Shown in pieces: positions 16,946 to 23,592 of a stretch of DNA of 24,000 nt. The notes under the pieces were generated by a model. It was not told where the DNA came from. It did no database searches and saw nothing but the letters and a program-made list of their open reading frames with translations. This DNA comes from Planctomycetota bacterium. Lineage in GTDB: Bacteria > Planctomycetota > MHYJ01 > JACQXL01. Every line of letters begins with the position of its first letter. The first letter of the stretch is position 1. A program made the translations under genes and the position numbers. The stretch is taken from NCBI GenBank assembly GCA_043808305.1, contig JAZDFB010000016.1:24829-48828 (forward strand), read 5' to 3'.

Positions 16946-17935
16946 CTATTCTTTAGATTTGAGCGTCTGCAGTTTGCGTGACAATGCCCTTATCAATTCC
17001 GGCAATCCCGTCTTCTTTACGGCCGAGATGGCCAAAAACTTCTTGGGCAGTTTAGCCCGGTATTTCCTGATATTGGCCTCGGCGCCGGGCAGGTCTATCT
17101 TGTTCAACACCAGTATCTCCGGCTTCCTGGCCAGCGTCGGGCTGTATTCCTTTAGCTCGCCGCGTATGGTCTTGTAAGCCGCGTCCAGCGGAGTGGTCGC
17201 GTCGATGATGTGTAGGACTATCCGGGTGCGCTCGATATGCTTTAGGAACTTGTCGCCCAGTCCCTTGCCCAGATGAGCGCCTTCTATCAGGCCGGGCAGG
17301 TCGGCCACCACGAAGGTGCGGTCTTCGGTCACTGCCACCACGCCCAGCGACGGTTCAAGCGTGGTAAAAGGATAATCGGCAATCTTGGGCCGGGCATCGG
17401 AAACACGGGAAAGCACCGTCGATTTCCCGGCATTGGGCAGGCCGACCAGCCCGACATCGGCGATGAGTTTCAGCTCCAGGTAAAGCCAGCGCTCTTCGCC
17501 CGGTATGCCGGTCTCGGCGTTGCGCGGCGTCTGGTTTATCGAGGTGGCAAAGACCTTGTTGCCCCGTCCGCCCCGTCCGCCTTTGACCACGATGAACTCG
17601 TCTTTGGCGTCTTTGATGTCCTTGATGATATTCCTGTTGGACCGGTCTCGGACAACCGTGCCCAGGGGCACTTCGACAACCCGGTCCGAGCCGTTCTTGC
17701 CGATGCAGTTATTGGTCCCGCCCGGCTGTCCGTTCTGGGCCAGGATGCGCTCGTGGTGCGCCAGGTGGTAGAGCGTGTTCATATGCGGGTTGGCCCGGAT
17801 GATGACATCGCCGCCCCAACCGCCGTTGCCGCCGTCCGGCCCGCCTTTGGGTATGTATTTCTCGCGCCAGAAACTGACTATGCCCGTGCCGCCGTCGCCG
17901 GCCTTGACAAATATTTCTACTTCGTCTTTAAACAT
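16946..17935 (-). CDS. obg: GTPase Obg/CgtA
   Basis: Obg-fold N-terminus MFKDEVEIFVKAGDGGTGIVSFWREKYIPKGGPDGGNGGWGGDV. G motifs GLPNAGKST, DLPGLIEGA and NKID. Confidence 0.95.
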   Translation of the reverse strand: MFKDEVEIFVKAGDGGTGIVSFWREKYIPKGGPDGGNGGWGGDVIIRANPHMNTLYHLAHHERILAQNGQPGGTNNCIGKNGSDRVVEVPLGTVVRDRSNRNIIKDIKDAKDEFIVVKGGRGGRGNKVFATSINQTPRNAETGIPGEERWLYLELKLIADVGLVGLPNAGKSTVLSRVSDARPKIADYPFTTLEPSLGVVAVTEDRTFVVADLPGLIEGAHLGKGLGDKFLKHIERTRIVLHIIDATTPLDAAYKTIRGELKEYSPTLARKPEILVLNKIDLPGAEANIRKYRAKLPKKFLAISAVKKTGLPELIRALSRKLQTLKSKE

Positions 17936-18037
17936 ATAATTTAATAGTACGCAGATCTTCGCTGATTTGCGCAGATAGGCACTAATAATTTATTTAATAG
18001 GTTATCTTAATAATTACAAGTTAATCCTGCAAATCTG

Positions 18038-18114
18038 TACTCTGGCAGTTTGAGCGTAGCGAATTACTGCCAAGTATAGTCGGCTATAACTCACTTCATT
18101 CTAACAGCCGAGCT
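18038..18114 (+). repeat. Nested-hairpin repeat copy C: a minimal M1 + M2 unit, intergenic
   Basis: tactctggcagtttgagcgtagcgaattactgccaagtat followed by agtcggctataactcacttcattctaacagccgagct. It lies between the obg start and the stop of the Wza-like gene. Confidence 0.85.
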
Positions 18115-18134
18115 ACGTTCATCTGCGTCCCTTA

Positions 18135-18848
18135 TTAGCGCGTGCGGCGGAGCAGTTCGACGCTTATGACTGTGCCCAGAATCGGCGTGATATAGTCGCG
18201 GATATAGCGGGAGACATCGGCAATCGGCGTGGACGAGACATAAACTATATCGTTCGGATACATAACAATGTCATTGCGCATGTTCCCGGCCAGGATTTCT
18301 CTCATATCAACCACCACCACTTCCGGCTTGTCCAGGACATCGCCCCGGATGACCAGCAGGTTACCCTTGCTGGCGTCGCGGGTCGGGCCGCCGGCCTCGC
18401 CCAGGACACTCATCAGCGAAATCGTGCCGGTCAGCTTATAGATGCCGGGTTTGGTAACCTCACCCAGAACAATCACCGGCTGGCCGGAGAACTTCTTGAC
18501 CGCCACGGTCACCTGCGGTGCGATGATGTATTCGCTCAGCCGCTGTGTGATTTCGTCGTCTATCTGGGTCAGGGTCTTGCCAGCCGCCTTGATGTCGCCG
18601 GCCAGGAACATGGATATCTTGCCGTCCGGACGAACTATCAGGTCGCCGGAAATATCCGGGTTCTGCCAGACGAATACCTGCAGAATATCGTCCACAGCTA
18701 CGGGGTAGTCTATTTTGTCCAGAGACCGGGCTTCGATAGCCGAAGGCCTGATGCTCGGCGGATAGGAGTCGGGCGGCGGCGGTTGGGTGCAATTAAAACC
18801 CGACAAAACCGCCGCAACGGCGGTAAATATGATTATTCCGGACTTCAT
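18135..18848 (-). CDS. Polysaccharide export protein (Wza-like; Poly_export + SLBB)
   Basis: DDILQVFVWQNPDISGDLIVRPDGKISMFLAGDIKAAGKTLTQIDDEI (Poly_export) and VIVLGEVTKPGIYKL (SLBB). I prefer the start MKSGIIIFTAVAAVLSGFNC (signal peptide) at the ATG at 18848, preceded by aaggaaaacataag. The track's 43-aa N-terminal extension to 18977 runs through a hairpin-rich GC island. Confidence 0.8.
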   Translation of the reverse strand: MKSGIIIFTAVAAVLSGFNCTQPPPPDSYPPSIRPSAIEARSLDKIDYPVAVDDILQVFVWQNPDISGDLIVRPDGKISMFLAGDIKAAGKTLTQIDDEITQRLSEYIIAPQVTVAVKKFSGQPVIVLGEVTKPGIYKLTGTISLMSVLGEAGGPTRDASKGNLLVIRGDVLDKPEVVVVDMREILAGNMRNDIVMYPNDIVYVSSTPIADVSRYIRDYITPILGTVISVELLRRTR

Positions 18849-18870
18849 CTTATGTTTTCCTTGCAGTATA

Positions 18871-18891
18871 GGAAAGTATAAAATACTTTCC
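18871..18891. promoter_or_regulatory. Perfect 9-bp-arm palindrome upstream of the Wza-like gene
   Basis: ggaaagtat-aaa-atactttcc, about 25 nt upstream of the ATG at 18848. It could be an operator-like site or a 5'-UTR hairpin. Confidence 0.3.
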
Positions 18892-19015
18892 GATACTGCC
18901 TGTGGGGGTCTGGGGGATTGCAGCCAATCCCACAGGGGGTGACGCCATAAGGACGTCCTGTGGACGCCCGATGGCAACCAGAGGGGCGATAGCCCCTATG
19001 GAAGCCCCCCAAATT

Positions 19016-19039
19016 ATCCCGCTTTAGCGGGATTTTCTT
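19016..19039 (+). terminator. Terminator-like hairpin (atcccgc-ttta-gcgggat followed by ttttc) in the divergent intergenic region
   Basis: A 7-bp GC-rich stem, a tetraloop and a short T run, 70 nt upstream of tilS. No annotated plus-strand gene precedes it. Confidence 0.3.
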
Positions 19040-19108
19040 GATTACAGGGATTATATATTATATCGTCTTTAAAGAAACCAAGCAAGAATAATTCAGACTG
19101 CGCGACAA

Positions 19109-20116
19109 ATGGAACAAACCATTAAAACGGTCCGTGAAACCATCGGACAACACCGGCTCTTGTCCGAAGGCGATACTATTATCCTGGGCGTCTCGGGCGG
19201 TCCGGATTCGGTCGGACTAACGGTACTGCTGGACCGACTGAACAAGTATTACAAAACCAACTGGCAGTTGGTCATCGCCCATCTCAACCACCAAATCCGG
19301 GGCAAGGCCGCCGACGCCGACGAACGCTTCGTCCGCCAACTGGCCGATAAGCTGGAACTGCCCTTTTACTGCGACCGGCGTAATATCCCGGCGCTCAGCC
19401 GCAAACAAAAACTCTCGCTGGAAGAGACCGCCCGCAACGAGCGCTATGAGTTCCTGGCCCGGGTGGCCGGCAAGTTCCGGCGCAACAGGCGCGTCCCCAA
19501 AATCGCCACCGGCCATACCCTCGACGACCAGGCCGAGACGGTCCTGTTCCGGATTATCCGCGGCACCGGCATCAGGGGACTGCGCGGCATACTGCCGGCG
19601 CGCAACCTGCTGTCCGGCCAACCGTTCCGTTTAATCCGCCCGCTCATCGAGCTGACCCATACGGAGATAATTGATTTCCTCAAGTCGCAGGGCTTTGGAT
19701 ACCGTTCCGATAAATCCAACCTCGACAGGAAAATACTCCGCAACCGCATCCGGCACCAGCTGATGCCGCTGTTGAACGATTACAACCCCGGCGTGGCGCG
19801 CCATCTGGTCCGGCTGGGGCAGGCGGCCGGCGAATACGAAGCCGTCGTCTCCAAGCTGGCCGGGACGCTCTGCCCCAAAGGCCGTAAATGGCTGGACTTA
19901 ACAGAACTCCAAAACCAGCCCCAACCGGTCCAGCAGGTGATGATAAACCGCCTGCTCAAGAACTCCGGCTGTAACCTAAAGAGCATCGTCCGTGCCAATT
20001 ATGAAGCGCTCATCGGCTTGGCTTCGTCGTGCCGGAAAACTAATGAAGTGCATCTGTCCGGCGGCGTCATTGCCCGGACCGCCAACGGCCGGCTGATTAT
20101 AACCAAGAGGAATTAA
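19109..20116 (+). CDS. tilS: tRNA(Ile)-lysidine synthetase TilS
   Basis: PP-loop ILGVSGGPDSVGL, then HLNHQIRG and ATGHTLDDQAETVLFRIIRG. Confidence 0.9.
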   Translation: MEQTIKTVRETIGQHRLLSEGDTIILGVSGGPDSVGLTVLLDRLNKYYKTNWQLVIAHLNHQIRGKAADADERFVRQLADKLELPFYCDRRNIPALSRKQKLSLEETARNERYEFLARVAGKFRRNRRVPKIATGHTLDDQAETVLFRIIRGTGIRGLRGILPARNLLSGQPFRLIRPLIELTHTEIIDFLKSQGFGYRSDKSNLDRKILRNRIRHQLMPLLNDYNPGVARHLVRLGQAAGEYEAVVSKLAGTLCPKGRKWLDLTELQNQPQPVQQVMINRLLKNSGCNLKSIVRANYEALIGLASSCRKTNEVHLSGGVIARTANGRLIITKRN

Positions 20117-20126
20117 ACCGCTGAGG

Positions 20127-20241
20127 ACACTGAGAACACTGAATTTATGGGTTGTTAATATAGTGCACCATCCCGCCATAGCGGGATATAGTTAAAAACT
20201 GCTTCCTACGGATATTTTCAGTGGCTTCAGTGCTTTCAGTG
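20127..20241. repeat. 9-bp-phased heptamer arrays in inverted orientation flanking a hairpin
   Basis: acactga at 20127 and 20136. ttcagtg, which contains its reverse complement tcagtgt/tcagtg, at 20217, 20226 and 20235. The hairpin atcccgc-cata-gcgggat at 20170-20187 lies between them. Confidence 0.6.
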
Positions 20242-20270
20242 GTTGTATCTAGGACAAAGGAACGAATCAG

Positions 20271-21092
20271 ATGAATGAAGTATCCCCGGAAGAACTGAAG
20301 GCCCACTACCAGCTGGAGAAGCGGCTGGCCGAATCCATCCGCCAGGCCGACCGGTCATCCCGGCCCGTGCTGTACAAACAGGCCTATGACCAGCTCTTCC
20401 GCGATATCCCCCGCCTGCGGGCCGTGTCACAGAAGAACGATATCGAGCAATGGAGCAAGCCCTCGCCCCAGCTCAAGTGGCTGAAACCATTCCTGACCCC
20501 GGAAACGGTCTTCCTCGAGGTCGGCGCCGGGAACTGCAAGCTGTGCTTTGAGGTCAGCCCACGGGTCAAACAGGTCTATGCCGTCGAGGCCTCGGCCGAA
20601 ATCGCACTGCACCCCAAATACCCGGACAACCTCAAGCTGATAATTTCAGACGCCACCAAGCTGGATGTGGCGGACGGCTCGGTGGACGTCATCTTCAGCC
20701 GGCACCTCATCGAGCATATGCATCCCGAAGACGGGTTGGAGCACCTGCGGGCGGCCTGCCGGGCGCTAAAGCCCGGCGGCGTATATATCTGCGCCACGCC
20801 CAACCGCATCTTCGGCCCGCACGACGCCTCGAGGGGGTTTAACGCCGAGGCAACCGGACTGCACCTCAAAGAATATTCCTACGGCGAGCTGGCCGGGATA
20901 ATGAAACAGGCCGGGTTTGGCAGGGTCAAGGCGCATACCAAGGTAGCCGGAATGGTGATGCTCTGGCCATTGTGGCTATACAGGTGGAGCGAGTCCTGGG
21001 CCGGTCTATGGCCCAAAGGGCTTAGGAGAGCGCTGTCCGTGCCCATCAACTACCAGCGGCTGAACACCATCCGCCTAGTCGCTTGGAAATAA
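20271..21092 (+). CDS. Class I SAM-dependent methyltransferase
   Basis: Motif I VFLEVGAGNC, an acidic residue after beta-2 (VYAVEAS), and LKPGGVYICATPN. Confidence 0.8.
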   Translation: MNEVSPEELKAHYQLEKRLAESIRQADRSSRPVLYKQAYDQLFRDIPRLRAVSQKNDIEQWSKPSPQLKWLKPFLTPETVFLEVGAGNCKLCFEVSPRVKQVYAVEASAEIALHPKYPDNLKLIISDATKLDVADGSVDVIFSRHLIEHMHPEDGLEHLRAACRALKPGGVYICATPNRIFGPHDASRGFNAEATGLHLKEYSYGELAGIMKQAGFGRVKAHTKVAGMVMLWPLWLYRWSESWAGLWPKGLRRALSVPINYQRLNTIRLVAWK

Positions 21093-21104
21093 TATTAGTG
21101 GCTA

Positions 21105-21158
21105 TTCTATGTACCCTTTCAACCACATATTGGCAGATGTAAACTGACCATTCTTTAA
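21105..21158 (-). pseudogene. Orphan 3'-terminal fragment (17 codons + stop) of a diverged paralogue of the fibre-like gene
   Basis: The minus strand reads KNGQFTSANMWLKGYIE*. The C-terminus of the 21244-22344 gene reads KNGQFCSTNIWLRGYIE*. Thirteen of 17 residues are identical, and 9 of those 13 codons differ only at synonymous third positions. Homology stops abruptly at about 21158. Confidence 0.65.
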
Positions 21159-21243
21159 GAGCCAGTTGGAGCGTAGCGACTTATCCGCAGGACGCCAGCC
21201 GACAAGGCTGAGCGCTGGCGCTTATCCCGAGTCCTCGAGGGAA
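21159..21243 (+). repeat. Divergent relative of the M1 repeat plus a GC-rich hairpin, filling the gap between the fibre gene stop and the orphan fragment
   Basis: gccagttggagcgtagcgacttatcc shares the gagcgtagcga core with M1 (ggcagtttgagcgtagcgaattactgcc). A hairpin gccagc-cgacaaggctgagc-gctggc follows. The motif cttatcc occurs twice. Confidence 0.4.
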
Positions 21244-22344
21244 CTATTCAATATAGCCACGTAACCATATGTTCGTAGAACAAAATTGTCCGTTTTTAGT
21301 GGCTATGACCCTAATCTGCCGTGCGCTATCCGTGGCAATCGTCGCTTCCTTATAAAGATTGTTACAGAAGTTAGCAATGTTCTGCCAGATGAAATGGATG
21401 GCAGACGAACCCCAATCCGTTCCGGCCCTCCGGCCATAGACCCAGAGCTGTTGCTCCAACCCCATCGGCACGGACATAGCGTTGAATTGGATTTCCAGTA
21501 TCACCGCCTTAACCACCGGCGGAATGAACCCCGGCAGGTCAACTATCTGGTCCACGTTATTGGCCGACTGATCCGTAAAGACCATCGTCTGGGACTGAAG
21601 CAGAGTCAGCATATTGCCCGGCGCGAAGCCCTGCCACTGGAAATTAGAGCCGGACTCGTTGTAAGTAAGAACCGCCCCGTTACTGGGCGCATTAGCCGCG
21701 GCCAGTTTGGACGGCTTGACGCAGGCATCCGCAATCTTACCGCTGGTAACAGCAAGGTCCGCAATCTTTTGCTCCGAAACCGCCTGGTCCGTAATCTCGT
21801 CCCCGGTTATTCCCGGCGTAATCGGTCTGGTAATCCCACCGCCGCCCGCCATTGGTTTCCACTCGAACTTAGACTGAGCCTGATTGAAGGTCGGGATTTC
21901 ACCGTCTGCGGGAGAATCAACAGCCGCTAACTTAATTGGTGTTACCTCGCCCGCGCTTATCTTGGACGCCGTAACGGCACCGTCGTTTAGTTTGGTAGAT
22001 GTCACCGCGTGGGTGGCAATCTTGTCGGCGATAACCGCGTTATCCTGCAGTTTGTCGGAACTGACTGCGCCGTCCGCAATCTTGGGCGTAGTCACGGCGT
22101 TATCTTGGAGCGGCACGGTGCTAACATCACTGCCCAGCTTGGCTAATGTAACCACGCCATCGGCGATATCCTCGGTCCCGATTTGGCCTGAGCCGATGTC
22201 AACTGACTTAATAGTCCCGTCCTTAATCTTTTCAGAAGTCACCGCATCATCAGCGATATTTTCTTCGGCCACCACTCCGGGCATCACGCCCGGCACGACA
22301 TTAATAATCTCCCTGGGCTTGGTTATTCTCTCTTCGTATGCCAT
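21244..22344 (-). CDS. Fibre-like repeat protein: two blocks of ~10-aa DxAVTxxKIx repeats plus a C-terminal globular domain
   Basis: Block 1 is DNAVTTPKIA DGAVSSDKLQ DNAVIADKIA THAVTSTKLN DGAVTASKIS AGEVTPIKLA; block 2 is DQAVSEQKIA DLAVTSGKIA DACVKPSKLA. Each block is followed by a related module: AVDSPADGEIPTFNQAQSKFEWKP and AANAPSNGAVLTYNESGSNFQWQG. The start is preceded by aggtgctat. The strand call is supported by the synonymous-site pattern against the orphan fragment. Confidence 0.75.
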   Translation of the reverse strand: MAYEERITKPREIINVVPGVMPGVVAEENIADDAVTSEKIKDGTIKSVDIGSGQIGTEDIADGVVTLAKLGSDVSTVPLQDNAVTTPKIADGAVSSDKLQDNAVIADKIATHAVTSTKLNDGAVTASKISAGEVTPIKLAAVDSPADGEIPTFNQAQSKFEWKPMAGGGGITRPITPGITGDEITDQAVSEQKIADLAVTSGKIADACVKPSKLAAANAPSNGAVLTYNESGSNFQWQGFAPGNMLTLLQSQTMVFTDQSANNVDQIVDLPGFIPPVVKAVILEIQFNAMSVPMGLEQQLWVYGRRAGTDWGSSAIHFIWQNIANFCNNLYKEATIATDSARQIRVIATKNGQFCSTNIWLRGYIE

Positions 22345-22406
22345 ATAGCACCTATTCCCTTTCGGTCATAATTTCAAATTCCATATTCCAAATTTACAAT
22401 TAATAA

Positions 22407-22443
22407 GTGTGGTCGGGCCCCGCTGCAGCGGGACCACTCACAC
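22407..22443 (-). terminator. GC-rich stem-loop between the 268-aa gene and the fibre-like gene; possible attenuator or partial terminator
   Basis: The plus strand reads gtgtggtcgggccccgc-tgca-gcgggaccactcacac. It begins 8 nt after the stop of the upstream gene. There is no clean U-run, only cttatt. Confidence 0.35.
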
Positions 22444-22450
22444 TAACCGT

Positions 22451-23257
22451 TTACGGTACGGTTATACCGATCTGCACCTCCAGTTGGAACAACGCTCCGT
22501 TAAGCACAAACACGCAGTAGGTATCGTCGACACCGGTGGTCAGCGCGAATGTATCGCACTTGGCCGGGTCTCGCATACCGTTAAGGAAGTTCATCAAGTT
22601 GGTATTCTGGCGCGCAATAGTAGCCGCGTCAAAGCCCGACTGAAAAATGGTCAACCCAGCCCTGATGGCCTGCTGGTTGATACCCATCTTTAATGAACCC
22701 TCCAAACCTGCCTGAGCAATGTTATACGGTGCGCCGCCTTGCCAGACATCGCCGGCTCTAAACCAATCCATTGCCACATTGTAACCGACCAAAAGAGCGG
22801 CATTAATGGCAGATACTCCGCGCCCGCGGATTTTATCGCCTGTCAGACGCAAGGTCTTTTTGCCTGCCTTCTCCGACCAGTTGCCCTTCTTATTAAGCAC
22901 GTTCTCGGTAAACTTCTTGGCCTTGATTCCTCCGACTTCGGCGAATGCCGAATCCAGATTGTCATTCCACCTTTTAAAGGAATCCTGAATGTTTTTACCG
23001 TGCGCCGTGGTCAACTCCGTGGCATTCCTGCCGTTCCGGGCTACGAAGGTGTCCTTTATCATAGGCGAATAGCCCATGTTAGAAGGACCGGCCAGTTTGG
23101 CAATGTAAGTCCCGTCATTACCAATCTTAGCCTTGCGGCGGTCATTAATCCGGGTGGCGTTAATAACCAAACCGTCCGCATACTTTGCCTCCATATCCGC
23201 TGCTACTTCCTGGAAGTCCGGGATCAAAAGCGTGTACTTCATCTTCAGATTAAACAT
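22451..23257 (-). CDS. Hypothetical 268-aa protein of unknown family, with no signal peptide or TM
   Basis: The ATG at 23257 (MFNLKMKYTLLIPDFQ...) is preceded by ggggtgataaat. The track's TTG at 23272 would include the SD itself. The ORF is long and uninterrupted, and is co-oriented and closely spaced with the fibre-like gene. Confidence 0.7.
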   Translation of the reverse strand: MFNLKMKYTLLIPDFQEVAADMEAKYADGLVINATRINDRRKAKIGNDGTYIAKLAGPSNMGYSPMIKDTFVARNGRNATELTTAHGKNIQDSFKRWNDNLDSAFAEVGGIKAKKFTENVLNKKGNWSEKAGKKTLRLTGDKIRGRGVSAINAALLVGYNVAMDWFRAGDVWQGGAPYNIAQAGLEGSLKMGINQQAIRAGLTIFQSGFDAATIARQNTNLMNFLNGMRDPAKCDTFALTTGVDDTYCVFVLNGALFQLEVQIGITVP

Positions 23258-23285
23258 ATTTATCACCCCCAATCTGTCTTTCAGT

Positions 23286-23316
23286 AAGCGGATTAAGCGG
23301 ATTTAACCGATTAACC
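23286..23316. repeat. Three and a half tandem 9-bp repeats (aagcggatt aagcggatt taaccgatt aacc), 29-59 nt upstream of the 268-aa gene start
   Basis: Read directly from the sequence. On the coding (minus) strand it is ggtt aatcggtta aatccgctt aatccgctt. Confidence 0.7.
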
Positions 23317-23446
23317 TTTTTACTCATAGAACTTATGTTCAACGGCTATTCTGCTGAGCTCTCGGCAGAACTACCGATCTGACTTTCTTAGTCGCTGTTA
23401 GACCACAGGGAGTTACAGCGACTTAGTCCCGACTATTTCGTCGGGA

Positions 23447-23542
23447 TTATTTCTTCTTCCCCTTCTTCTCCAAATAATCTAAAATGACTTCGACAATTAC
23501 CTCGATAATCCGCCTCCAAAAACCTGACATCATTCTGAACAT
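23447..23542 (-). CDS. Candidate 31-aa small protein: an amphipathic/hydrophobic helix with a Lys-rich tail
   Basis: ATG at 23542 preceded by gagaggatggtttat, a good SD at suitable spacing. Translation MFRMMSGFWRRIIEVIVEVILDYLEKKGKKK*. The hairpin tcccgac-gaaata-gtcggga follows the stop directly. The ORF is too short for the supplied track. Confidence 0.4.
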   Translation of the reverse strand: MFRMMSGFWRRIIEVIVEVILDYLEKKGKKK

Positions 23543-23592
23543 ATAAACCATCCTCTCTCACCGCAAAGAATGCAAAGGTCGCAAAGAAGAAA

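Noticed and set aside
18849-18977. 43-aa N-terminal extension of the Wza-like ORF
   Set aside because: The extension (MPSGVHRTSLWRHPLWDWLQSPRPPQ...) is encoded by the hairpin-rich GC island. The internal ATG at 18848 has an SD-like aaggaaaac and begins a proper signal peptide.
18901-18990. G-quadruplex from the GGGGG runs in the GC island
   Set aside because: The G-runs are separated by long loops (up to about 40 nt), and each is complemented by nearby C-runs that favour duplex hairpins.
21105-21300. Diversity-generating retroelement (TR/VR pair) as an explanation for the fragment/gene similarity
   Set aside because: The mismatches are not adenine-specific. They involve all bases, mostly at synonymous third positions. 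There is no reverse transcriptase in the window, and the similar segment is only 54 nt.
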